From NCBI GenBank assembly GCA_965223415.1, contig OZ245002.1:3136001-3200000 (forward strand): a DNA stretch of 64,000 nt, given 5' to 3'. Source of the stretch: Myxococcota bacterium. GTDB taxonomy: Bacteria > Myxococcota_A > UBA9160 > UBA6930. Of this stretch, positions 15,914 through 24,220 are shown in pieces (within the stretch, counting starts at the first letter, position 1; the number at the start of each line of letters is the position of its first letter). A program made the position numbers and the translations under genes. The notes below the pieces were generated by a model. The model made no database searches and was not told the origin of the DNA. It saw only the letters and a list, made by a program, of their open reading frames with translations.

Positions 15914-17453
15914 CCGCCTCTTCATGGCCGCCGCCCTGGCGCTGCTCTTCGGAGCCTGCGCCACTCCCGGCAACCAGGCTGCCTACACCAGCCGCACGCC
16001 GGGGCTCGACCCCCAGACGACCCGCACGGTCTACTCCGGCGCGCTGGCCTGCATGGACGACCTGCTCCAGTCCTACGGGCCCCAGGGCACGATCATCACC
16101 AGCGTCGGCATCCCGGACGCGACCGGTCAGGTCCAGGTGGGCTCCCGCGACATGCTGATGTCGGCGATCTCCGACATGACACGGCGGAGCGGTGCCTTCA
16201 CCTACGTCGACCTCGACGTCACTCGCGAGGAGTCGCTGGCCATCCACGGCAACTCGCCGGACAAGACCTCGCTCTGGCCCACGTACCTGATCCGCGGGAC
16301 GATCTCGGGCCTCGACGAGAGCGTCATCGACGTGTCGAAGGGCCTGAGCTTCGGCGTGGAGCTCAGTGAGAACGATGCCGCCGCGGCCTACGCCAACAGC
16401 CGCACCTCGTCGGTGGTGTCCCTCGACCTTTTCATCGTGCGCTCGAAGGACCTGGTGCTCCTGCCCGGCCTCAAGGCGAGCAACTCGCTGGCGATCAGCC
16501 GCGCGGGCTCGGCCAGTGAAGCCGGGATCACGATCAAGCAGGTGGGCCTCGACTTCAGCGTCGAGCAGGAGGAGTCCGAGAGCCTGGCTCACGCGGTGCG
16601 CACGCTGATCGAGCTCGGCACTGTCGAGCTGATCGGCAAGTTCGCCCAGGTGCCCTACTGGCGCTGTCTCCAGGTCGAGGGGACGAACCCCGTGGTGATG
16701 AAGGAGGCGGCCGACTGGTACGCCGACATGGACGAGGACGAGAAGATCCTCTTCAGCCAGCGCGTGCTGATCGCGCGGGGCGAGTTCGCCGGGCCCGCCA
16801 CCGGCGAGCTGGACGCCGCCACCAAGGCCGCCATCGTCCGCTACCAGCAGGTGAACGGGCTGATCCCGACCGGTCGGCTCTCCTTCGAGCTCTACCACTC
16901 GATGCTCGGCAACGATCGCCCTGCCGAGGTGGGGGAGCCGGTCACGTTCATCGAGCAGGACGAGACGCCCGACCCGGTGGCGGACCAGGTGCCCGTGCGC
17001 GAGCCCCTGCTCCTGACGCTCACGTCGGCGCGTGGATCCCAGCCGAGCTTCGCGCCGAACGAGATGCTGAGCATCCAGGTCGGCGCGTCGCGGGACGCCT
17101 ACGTGTACTGCTACTACCGGGACGGCGCCGATCGCATCTCGCGCATCTACCCGAACCAGTTCCAGCCCGATCCCTATCTGCCGGCGGGCCAGTACGTAAC
17201 GGTTCCGCCCGTCGACGCCGCGGGACACCCCACGCGCTTCGGCATCCGCTTCGAGCATCCCGGCGCGGCGGAGGAGGTCGCCTGCCTCGCCTCGGACCGG
17301 GAGGTCGGCATCTGGCTGCCCCGGACGCTGAAGCAGCGGGATCTCGCCCCGCTGCCCGTCGGGAGCCTGGCCGAGCTCGAGGCCGCCTTCGAAGAGCTCG
17401 ACGGCGAAGGCCTCGTCCGCGCGCGGCTGCCCATCGAAGTGACCCGCGAGTAG
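15873..17453 (+). CDS. CsgG/HfaB-like lipoprotein with peptidoglycan-binding and DUF4384-like domains
   Basis: Lipobox FGAC; IPDATGQ...DMLMSAI...F.YVD and LIRGTISGLD...VSLDL (CsgG fold-like); TGELDAATKAAIVRYQQVNGLIPTG (PG_binding_1); DAYVYCYY..G...RIYPN (DUF4384-like); alternative start 15924. Confidence 0.78.
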   Translation: MLVRSLAPRAAAASRLFMAAALALLFGACATPGNQAAYTSRTPGLDPQTTRTVYSGALACMDDLLQSYGPQGTIITSVGIPDATGQVQVGSRDMLMSAISDMTRRSGAFTYVDLDVTREESLAIHGNSPDKTSLWPTYLIRGTISGLDESVIDVSKGLSFGVELSENDAAAAYANSRTSSVVSLDLFIVRSKDLVLLPGLKASNSLAISRAGSASEAGITIKQVGLDFSVEQEESESLAHAVRTLIELGTVELIGKFAQVPYWRCLQVEGTNPVVMKEAADWYADMDEDEKILFSQRVLIARGEFAGPATGELDAATKAAIVRYQQVNGLIPTGRLSFELYHSMLGNDRPAEVGEPVTFIEQDETPDPVADQVPVREPLLLTLTSARGSQPSFAPNEMLSIQVGASRDAYVYCYYRDGADRISRIYPNQFQPDPYLPAGQYVTVPPVDAAGHPTRFGIRFEHPGAAEEVACLASDREVGIWLPRTLKQRDLAPLPVGSLAELEAAFEELDGEGLVRARLPIEVTRE

Positions 17454-17513
17454 CGCGGCTGCTCATCTGCACCCGCGAGCAACCCCTCACCCATCCTTCC
17501 TGGAGACACGATC

Positions 17514-18068
17514 ATGAGCTTCCGAATGCGACGGCCGGCGTGGGTCGCTGGCCTGATCCTGGGTCTGCTGCTGGGCCTTCCGCTCGGCGCAGCCGCCCAG
17601 GACACCCTCCCGACCGCCCCGGTCCGGATGTACGACGAGCCCCTCTCGGCCGACGAGCTGGCCCAGAAGCTCTTTCCGCCCAAGCTCCGCTCGATCGTCC
17701 CGGTCGAGGAGCAGCCGAAGCCCGAGGTGATCGGCTACGCGATCCAGTTCGGCTTCGACTCGGCGGAGCTCCTGCCCGCGGCGAAGCCCTACCTGGACGA
17801 GCTCGGCAAGATGATGAACCTGGAGCGGCTCTCGAGCGCGAGCCTGGTCGTCGAAGGCCACACGGACGCGATCGGCTCCGAGGACTACAACCTCGACCTG
17901 TCGCTGCGACGGGCCCAGGCCGTGGCCGGCTACCTGGCGAAGGCGCACCGCATCGACCCGAACCGCCTCGTGACCCAGGGCCGCGGCGAGAGCCGGCCGC
18001 TGCCGGACCGGGCGCCGACCGATGGCCAGAACCGCCGCGTCCAGTTCGGCGGCCTCGGCGCTCGTTAG
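17514..18068 (+). CDS. OmpA-family peptidoglycan-binding protein
   Basis: IQFGFDSA, VEGHTDAIGS..YN..LS.RRA..V and NRRV motifs; signal peptide. Confidence 0.92.
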   Translation: MSFRMRRPAWVAGLILGLLLGLPLGAAAQDTLPTAPVRMYDEPLSADELAQKLFPPKLRSIVPVEEQPKPEVIGYAIQFGFDSAELLPAAKPYLDELGKMMNLERLSSASLVVEGHTDAIGSEDYNLDLSLRRAQAVAGYLAKAHRIDPNRLVTQGRGESRPLPDRAPTDGQNRRVQFGGLGAR

Positions 18069-18084
18069 GTCAGGGAGCCTACCC

Positions 18085-20292
18085 GTGGTCCGTAGCCTCC
18101 TGGTTGCCCTCGCCGCACTCGCGGCCCTGTTCGGTAGCGTCGCTCCCGGCTGGGCCGCGAAGCGGGCCCTGATCGTCGGGATCAACGACTACCGGGGCGA
18201 GAACAGCGGTGGGCGCTGGCGCGACCTCCGCGGCGCCGTGAACGACGCCGAGGCCATGCGCTCGCTGCTGGTCTCCCGCTTCGGCTTCGCGGGGGACGAC
18301 GTGGTGCTGCTGCGCGACGCCGAGGCGACCCGGGAGCGCATCCTCGCCGAGATCGAGGGGCACCTGGTCGCTCCGGCGAAGCCCGGCGACGTCGCCTTCT
18401 TCCACTTCGCCGGTCACGGCTCCCAGGTGCGCAACGCCCAGGGCCAGGAGCTCGATCGGCTGGACGAGACGATCGTCCCCGCCGATTCGCGGCTGGGCGC
18501 GCCGGACATCCGCGACAAGGAGCTGCGGGTCCGCTTCAACGACGTGCTCGACCGGGGTGCCGACCTGGTCGCCGTCTTCGACAGCTGCAGCAGCGGCTCC
18601 ATCCTGCGCTCGCTCCAGGCGGTGCGCTTCCTGCCGCCGGGCGACGCGCCGGCTCCCGCCCTGGCGCCGGAGCGCCGGGCGCCGCCGGAGGAGCGCGGCG
18701 CGCTGCTGCTCTCCGCCGCCTCGAGCGGGCTGCCTGCCGCCGAGACGAAGGACGCCGCCGGCCGGCCTCGCGGCGCCCTGAGCTTCGCCCTGATCCGCGC
18801 CCTGCGGGAGGCGGCGCTGGACGAGCCCGCGGACCAGCTCTTCCTGCGCGTGCGCAGCGCGCTGCTGGCCGAGGACCTGGGCCAGGCCCCGGTGCTCGCC
18901 GCCACCTCCGAGCGTCGCGCCCGCCCGCTGCTCGGCGGGGAGGCGCAGGCGGCGGGCGCGACCCGGGTCGGCGTCCTGCGCGTCCGCAGCGACGGCCTCG
19001 TCGAACTCGACGCCGGCGCGGCCAGCGGCCTGAACCCGGGGGCCGAGCTGGTCTCGAACCGCATTGGCGATACGCGCCGGCTGCGCGTGGTCGAGGTGCC
19101 GGGCGTCGCCCTGGCCCTGGCCCGGGTGAGCGGCGGCGATGCGGCGTCGCTCCAGCCGGGCGATCTCTTCCGTCTCGACCGTTGGAGCGCCCCGGACGGC
19201 GCCGCGCTGCGCATCCTGCTGCCCGAAGCGGCGCCGCCCGCCCAGGGGAAGGCGCTTCACGCCGCCGCCGCGGCACTGCGCGTCGAGGCCGCCGCCCGGG
19301 GCGTGACCTGGGTCGAGGATCCGACCACCCAGCGCCCGACCCACCGCCTGGTGTGGCGGGCGGCCGGCGGCTGGATGCTTCGCGGGCCCGACGCCGAGCA
19401 GCCCGTCGGTGCGCTCGACCCGGCGCGCGCCGCCTCCCTCGTCTCCGGGCTGCCGCAGGGCGCGAGCCTGCTCGTGGAACTTCCCCCCGCCCCGGGCCTG
19501 CGCCGCGCCCTCGCCGAGCGGGCCGCGGCCGCCGGAGGCTCCATCGAGCTGGTCGGCCCGGAGGCGGCCCACTTCGCGCTCGTCGGCGTCCTGCGCGGCG
19601 ACGGCGTTCACCACGCCTGGGTGCGGCCCGGGGCTTCGCTTCGCCGTGAGGTCGGCGGGCTCCCGCCGCGCAGCGACTGGACGAAAGCCCAGGGTGCGAG
19701 CGCTGCCCTCGGCGCCTCCCTCGACGCGCTGCTGCGCATCCGCTCGTGGCTGACGCTTCCGGCGCCGCCCGACGAGGGGCGCTTCCCCTACCGCCTCGCC
19801 CTGCGCCGCGAGAGTGACGGCCGCCGCGTTCCCGGCGGCGCCGTGCGCGCCGGCGAGCGCTACCGCATCGCCCTCGAGGCCGAGCGCCCGGGGCCGCGCT
19901 CATCGATCGAGCCGCGCTACGTCTACGTCTTCGCCATCGACGCCTTCGGCCGCCAGGCGCTGGTGTTCCCGACCGCTGACCGCGGCAACGCCGAGAACCG
20001 CATGCCGCCCCCGGGCGCCCTCGGCGCCCCCGCGCCGCCGGTGCTTCCCGTCGGCTCGATCGAGATCGCGCCGCCCTTCGGCCACGAGACCCTGGTCATG
20101 GTCACCAGCGCCACGCCCTTGGCCGACCCCCGGGTCCTCGAGGGCCGCGGCGTCCGCACCCGCACCGGCTCCGCCCTCGAGCAGCTGCTCGGCTGGGTCG
20201 GTACCCCGTCCCGCGCGCCCCGTACCGCCACCCCCACCAGCTGGGGCATCCAGCGGCTCTCCCTCGTGAGCCTGCCCCGTCAAGGAGAGTGA
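18085..20292 (+). CDS. Secreted caspase-like (C14, metacaspase-type) protease with C-terminal DUF4384-like domain
   Basis: Signal ending GWA; KRALIVGINDY, LRGAVNDA, FAGHGSQ, DETIVPAD and FDSCSSG; YVYVFAID.FG....VFP tail. Confidence 0.88.
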   Translation: MVRSLLVALAALAALFGSVAPGWAAKRALIVGINDYRGENSGGRWRDLRGAVNDAEAMRSLLVSRFGFAGDDVVLLRDAEATRERILAEIEGHLVAPAKPGDVAFFHFAGHGSQVRNAQGQELDRLDETIVPADSRLGAPDIRDKELRVRFNDVLDRGADLVAVFDSCSSGSILRSLQAVRFLPPGDAPAPALAPERRAPPEERGALLLSAASSGLPAAETKDAAGRPRGALSFALIRALREAALDEPADQLFLRVRSALLAEDLGQAPVLAATSERRARPLLGGEAQAAGATRVGVLRVRSDGLVELDAGAASGLNPGAELVSNRIGDTRRLRVVEVPGVALALARVSGGDAASLQPGDLFRLDRWSAPDGAALRILLPEAAPPAQGKALHAAAAALRVEAAARGVTWVEDPTTQRPTHRLVWRAAGGWMLRGPDAEQPVGALDPARAASLVSGLPQGASLLVELPPAPGLRRALAERAAAAGGSIELVGPEAAHFALVGVLRGDGVHHAWVRPGASLRREVGGLPPRSDWTKAQGASAALGASLDALLRIRSWLTLPAPPDEGRFPYRLALRRESDGRRVPGGAVRAGERYRIALEAERPGPRSSIEPRYVYVFAIDAFGRQALVFPTADRGNAENRMPPPGALGAPAPPVLPVGSIEIAPPFGHETLVMVTSATPLADPRVLEGRGVRTRTGSALEQLLGWVGTPSRAPRTATPTSWGIQRLSLVSLPRQGE

Positions 20293-20293
20293 G

Positions 20294-20581
20294 ATGTTCC
20301 GCAAGCTCGCCCTGATCCTGCTCGCCTGCGGCGCGCTCGCCCTCCCGGCCAGCGCCCAGCCGCCCTGCAACACCAGCAAGGGCTCGACCCAGGCGATGGA
20401 GTGTCTGGCGAAGAAGCTCCACGATCTCGAGTCGGAGCTGCGACGCGCCATCGTCCTGTTCGAGCGCCACCACTGCCCGGAGGGCTGGATCGCCCTCGAG
20501 GAGGCCAAGGTAGGGGAGATCCGCGGGACGTTCCGGAACCCGAGCTTCCCGCTGGTCTACTGCAAGAAGCTCGACGGCTAG
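20294..20581 (+). CDS. Small secreted Cys-containing protein
   Basis: AGGAG RBS; signal ending ASA; AIVLF...CPEGW...LVYCKK. Confidence 0.75.
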   Translation: MFRKLALILLACGALALPASAQPPCNTSKGSTQAMECLAKKLHDLESELRRAIVLFERHHCPEGWIALEEAKVGEIRGTFRNPSFPLVYCKKLDG

Positions 20582-20592
20582 CGCGGGGCAGA

Positions 20593-21117
20593 ATGCGATA
20601 CCGCGAAGCCATCCGGGCGGACGCGGAGGCCGTCGCGGCGCTTCACGCCGAGAGCTGGCGCGCCCACTACCGCGGGGCCTACCGCGACGGGTACCTGGAT
20701 GGGGACGTCGTCTCCGACCGTCGCAGGGTCTGGGAGGAGCGCTTCGCGTCCCCGCCGCCGAATCAGCACGTCGTCCTGGCGGAAGGCGCCGGCGCGCTGG
20801 TCGGCTTCGCATGCGTCTACGGCGGGGAGGACGAGCGATGGGGATCGCTGCTCGACAACCTGCACGTCCGCCCCGGGCAGCAGGGGCGCGGCGTCGGCGC
20901 CGCGCTGGTCGCGGAGGTGGCCGCATGGTGTCGCCGGCGGTTCCCGAACGCGGGGCTCTACCTGTGGGTGCTGGCGGAGAACGAGGGCGCGCAGCGCTTC
21001 TACGCGCGCCTCGGCGCCAGCGATCGCGGAGGGGAGCGCTCCGAGCCGCCGGGTGGAGGGGAGATCCACGGCCGACGCTATGCGTGGGACGGGATCCCGG
21101 ACCTTCCGCGGCCCTGA
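20593..21117 (+). CDS. GNAT-family N-acetyltransferase
   Basis: LHVRPGQQGRGVG and LWVLAEN..A.RFY..LG motifs. Confidence 0.9.
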   Translation: MRYREAIRADAEAVAALHAESWRAHYRGAYRDGYLDGDVVSDRRRVWEERFASPPPNQHVVLAEGAGALVGFACVYGGEDERWGSLLDNLHVRPGQQGRGVGAALVAEVAAWCRRRFPNAGLYLWVLAENEGAQRFYARLGASDRGGERSEPPGGGEIHGRRYAWDGIPDLPRP

Positions 21118-21213
21118 GGCCGAAACGGGAACCGCGCCGGCCCTGGGGAGGGACCGGCGCGGTTCTTTCGTGGAGCCAACCGGGAGGCGGAGGAACCAGA
21201 CCTCCCGCGGCTG

Positions 21214-21405
21214 CTACACGGGAAGGCTGTAGGAGGGGGTCGGGGTCCGGGGCGCCCGCGGCGGCTCGCCGGACATGCGGTCGAAGCGTCCCGCCCCGGC
21301 GAAGGAGCGCCGGCAGCCCGTGCACTCGGGGTCCCGTTCGCCGACGACGGTCAGGCAGTGCAGGCAGTAGCAGGGAGAGGTCTCGTTCGGGTTCGGGAAC
21401 GTCAT
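21214..21405 (-). CDS. Small CxxC...CxxC (zinc-ribbon-like) protein, 63 aa
   Basis: AGGAGG RBS; CLHC...CTGC; preceded by the promoter motif. Confidence 0.65.
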   Translation of the reverse strand: MTFPNPNETSPCYCLHCLTVVGERDPECTGCRRSFAGAGRFDRMSGEPPRAPRTPTPSYSLPV

Positions 21406-21426
21406 GATGTCGGGCCTCCTGCCGAG

Positions 21427-21455
21427 GAGTCGAGCGACGAGCCGATCCGGATCAC
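21427..21455 (-). promoter_or_regulatory. Putative ECF promoter motif copy 8
   Basis: GTGATCCG-N15-CGACTC. Confidence 0.75.
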
Positions 21456-21478
21456 CCGGATGGCCGGCGCTTCGGAAT

Positions 21479-21817
21479 TCAGGCCGCGAAGGGCGCGCCC
21501 TCGCGAATCGAGTCGACGACGTCGGCGAACGCCGGGTCGAAGGCGTCGACGTGGTCGGACCACCAGCGGAGCACGCCCGGGGTGAGGACCAGCCACGCCA
21601 GGACCCGATGGATCTGGGTCCAGACCGTCTCGTCGAGGGCGCTCCGCTGGAGGTGGATCTCCTGGCACAGGGAGAAGAGGCCCCGCAGGTGGGCACTCAG
21701 GCGCCGGGCGTCCTCGTCGGACAGGCACTCGGACCCGGCGAGCTCGGCCAGCAGCCGGTGCAGGTCCGGGTTGAGCTGGAGCCGGCGAAGCAGTCGGTGG
21801 CTGGCGAGGCGTCCCAT
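21479..21817 (-). CDS. Hypothetical helical protein
   Basis: GGAG RBS; PGVLRWW....AFDPAFADVVD tail; preceded by the promoter motif. Confidence 0.6.
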   Translation of the reverse strand: MGRLASHRLLRRLQLNPDLHRLLAELAGSECLSDEDARRLSAHLRGLFSLCQEIHLQRSALDETVWTQIHRVLAWLVLTPGVLRWWSDHVDAFDPAFADVVDSIREGAPFAA

Positions 21818-21862
21818 ATCGGTGTCTCCGTGGGGCGGGCCATCCGCGGCCCGCGTGCCCAG

Positions 21863-21891
21863 GGGTCGGGACAGGCGCGGTTTCGGATCAC
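21863..21891 (-). promoter_or_regulatory. Putative ECF promoter motif copy 9
   Basis: GTGATCCG-N15-CGACCC. Confidence 0.72.
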
Positions 21892-21925
21892 CGCGGAAGC
21901 GGGGCCTCCGGAGTGGCCCGAAGCG

Positions 21926-21954
21926 GTGATCCGGGGCGCTCTCGTGCGCGACTC
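21926..21954 (+). promoter_or_regulatory. Putative ECF promoter motif copy 10 (divergent from copy 9)
   Basis: GTGATCCG-N15-CGACTC. Confidence 0.75.
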
Positions 21955-21974
21955 CTGGTCACAGGAGCCCCGCC

Positions 21975-22658
21975 ATGCTGCGAACCCACGACCGACCGCA
22001 TCCCCCGCAGAGCCGGATCGCCCCCGAGGCGCGCCCGATCGTCCTGCTCCACGGCTTCGCCTCGACGCCTCGGGTGATGGGCCCCCTGGCCCGCCACCTC
22101 GGCCGTGCCCGGGGCAGCGAGACGGTCTGCGCCGAGGTCTCCTCCACCCGCGACCTGCGGGCCCAGGCCCACGCCGTGCTGCGCACGGTGAAGGAGCTGG
22201 CGATCCGCTCCGGAGGGCCGGTGGACGCGGTGGCCCACTCGATGGGCGGCCTGATCGCCACCTACGCGATGAAGGCCCTCGACCGGGGGCGCCACATCGC
22301 CACCGTCGTCACCTTGGGGACGCCCCACGGGGGAGCCCCCCTGGCCAGGATGGGCGCCCTGCTGAAGAACGAATTCGCCATCGTTCTCGGGCAGATGCAG
22401 CCCGGCGCCGGATTCCTTGCGGAGCTCGAGGGCCTTCCGGTCCCGGAGCGCTCCCGGCTCGTCTCGGTGGCCGGCCGCCGCGATCTGGTGGTCCCCTCCG
22501 ACTCGTCCCGCGTCGCGGCGGGCGAGCGCCAGCGGACCCTGTGGGTCGACGGGGCCACTCACAGCACGCTGTTGATCAGTCGCTCGGTCATGCGCCTGGT
22601 CGCGGCGGTTCTCGACCGGCCCGCGGCCGAGCCCGCCCGGGCCCTGGCGGCGGCCTGA
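21975..22658 (+). CDS. Lipase/esterase-type alpha/beta hydrolase
   Basis: VLLHGF, AHSMGG, TLGTPHGG, D.VVP and late His. Confidence 0.88.
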   Translation: MLRTHDRPHPPQSRIAPEARPIVLLHGFASTPRVMGPLARHLGRARGSETVCAEVSSTRDLRAQAHAVLRTVKELAIRSGGPVDAVAHSMGGLIATYAMKALDRGRHIATVVTLGTPHGGAPLARMGALLKNEFAIVLGQMQPGAGFLAELEGLPVPERSRLVSVAGRRDLVVPSDSSRVAAGERQRTLWVDGATHSTLLISRSVMRLVAAVLDRPAAEPARALAAA

Positions 22659-22672
22659 AAAAGCCGGGCCGG

Positions 22673-22701
22673 GTGATCCGGGCCGGGGCCCACCGCGACT
22701 C
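22673..22701 (+). promoter_or_regulatory. Putative ECF promoter motif copy 11
   Basis: GTGATCCG-N15-CGACTC. Confidence 0.75.
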
Positions 22702-22721
22702 CTCGGTGGGAGGACACGACG

Positions 22722-22904
22722 ATGACGCTTTCAGCCCTTTCCAACAGCGCGAACCAGCCCGTTCCCACCACCCTGCTCGAGCTCGTCACGGCGCTCCAGG
22801 AGCTGACCGACAACGAGGAGCTGACCGAGCTGCTGGCCCGCGATCTCGTCAACTCCGGACGCGTGGTCCTCACCGGCAACTTCCGAGGCTGCACACTGAA
22901 CTAG
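22722..22904 (+). CDS. Small hypothetical protein (60 aa)
   Basis: GGAGG RBS; TTLLELV.A..E.TD...SGRVVLTGNFRG; typical codon usage. Confidence 0.7.
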   Translation: MTLSALSNSANQPVPTTLLELVTALQELTDNEELTELLARDLVNSGRVVLTGNFRGCTLN

Positions 22905-22945
22905 CGCCCGGTACGGTTCGCCCCCTCGCACCGAGGAGGCCCCCC

Positions 22946-23755
22946 GTGACCGACGCCGTCCTGCTCACCACCGATCGCGGCATCGCCGACGTCAAGCTCA
23001 ACCGCCCGGAGGCCTACAACGCCCTCAACGACGAGATCTTCGAGGGCCTGCTCGCCGCCGGAGCCGCCATCCGGAAGGATCCCTCGGTCCGCGTCGTCCT
23101 CCTCTCCGGCGTCGGCCGCGGCTTCTGCTCCGGCCTCGACATGTCGAACTTCGGCGACATGCTGGGCGGCGAGCTCACGGCCGAGGGTGTGGCCGATGCC
23201 TACGACGACCTGAGCCCCGCCGGTGCCAACCGCGCCCAGCAGCTCGGCTGGCAGTTCCAGGAGCTCCCCGTGCCGGTGATCGCCGCGATCCACGGCGCCG
23301 CCATGGGCGGGGGGCTGAACGTCGCCCTCGGCGCGGACATTCGCATCGTGGCGCCGGACGCGAAGCTCGGCTTCGTCGAGATCACCTGGGGGCTGCTCCC
23401 GGACATGGGCGCCACCCAGGCCCTGCGCCGGCTCGTGCCCCTCGATCGCGCGATGGAGCTGGTGCTTTCCGGCCGCATCCTGCGGGGGGACGAGGCGGTC
23501 GCCGCCGGTCTGGCGACCCGGCTGAGCGAGACGCCCTACGAGGACGCCCGGGCCCTGGCGGAGCAGATGGCGAGGCACAATCCCGATGCCCTCCGGCGCG
23601 GCAAGCGCCTGCTGGCCGGGTCGGCCTTCACCTCCGTGCGCGAGGGCCTGATCGCCGAGTCGAACGCGTCGCGGGAAATGCTCGGCACGCCGAACCAGCT
23701 CGAGGCGGTGAAGGCGCGCCTCGAAGGACGCGAACCCCGCTTCGAGATCGCGTAG
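22946..23755 (+). CDS. Enoyl-CoA hydratase/isomerase
   Basis: LNRPEAYNAL, FCSGLD, PVIAAIHG.AMGGG and EITWGLLPD. Confidence 0.92.
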   Translation: MTDAVLLTTDRGIADVKLNRPEAYNALNDEIFEGLLAAGAAIRKDPSVRVVLLSGVGRGFCSGLDMSNFGDMLGGELTAEGVADAYDDLSPAGANRAQQLGWQFQELPVPVIAAIHGAAMGGGLNVALGADIRIVAPDAKLGFVEITWGLLPDMGATQALRRLVPLDRAMELVLSGRILRGDEAVAAGLATRLSETPYEDARALAEQMARHNPDALRRGKRLLAGSAFTSVREGLIAESNASREMLGTPNQLEAVKARLEGREPRFEIA

Positions 23756-23791
23756 GATGGCGGCCGGGGGCGTGAGCTGCGAGGAGACGCC

Positions 23792-24214
23792 ATGAGCATC
23801 CTGGACCGATATCGGGCCTACGCCGACGCCTTCGAGGAGAGCTACGAGGACGACGACTGGTCGCGGATCGAGGAGTACTTCACCGCCGACGCCGTCTACG
23901 AGGGCGAGCCCGAGAACGCGGTCGGCCGCGAAGCGGTACTGGCCAAGCTGAAGGGCGGCGTCGACGGCTTCGACCGCAACATGGACAGCCGCACGCCGGA
24001 CTTCCAGACGCCCACCGTGGACGGCGACACCCTCACCATGAAGTGGACGGTCACCTACACGAAGGCCGGGGCGCCGGACCTGGCGATCTCCGGGATCGAG
24101 ACGGCCGTCTTCGAGGGCGACCGCATCAAGCTGCTGCGCGACGATTTCGACCCGGAGGCCCAGAAGGCCATGGGCGAGTGGATGGCCGCCCACGGAGCGC
24201 GGCTCCAGGGCTAG
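23792..24214 (+). CDS. NTF2/SnoaL-like protein
   Basis: FTADAVYE...GREAV...F.GDRI..LRD pattern. Confidence 0.75.
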   Translation: MSILDRYRAYADAFEESYEDDDWSRIEEYFTADAVYEGEPENAVGREAVLAKLKGGVDGFDRNMDSRTPDFQTPTVDGDTLTMKWTVTYTKAGAPDLAISGIETAVFEGDRIKLLRDDFDPEAQKAMGEWMAAHGARLQG

Positions 24215-24220
24215 CCGGGC

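Noticed and set aside
11876..17453. Naming the locus as canonical curli (csgBAC/csgDEFG)
   Set aside because: Subunits lack CsgA Q/N repeats and no CsgD, CsgE or CsgF is recognisable, so gene symbols were withheld
5460..20292. Caspases as an anti-phage cell-death system (gasdermin or NLR type)
   Set aside because: Both carry export signals, and no gasdermin, STAND NTPase or cyclase is visible nearby
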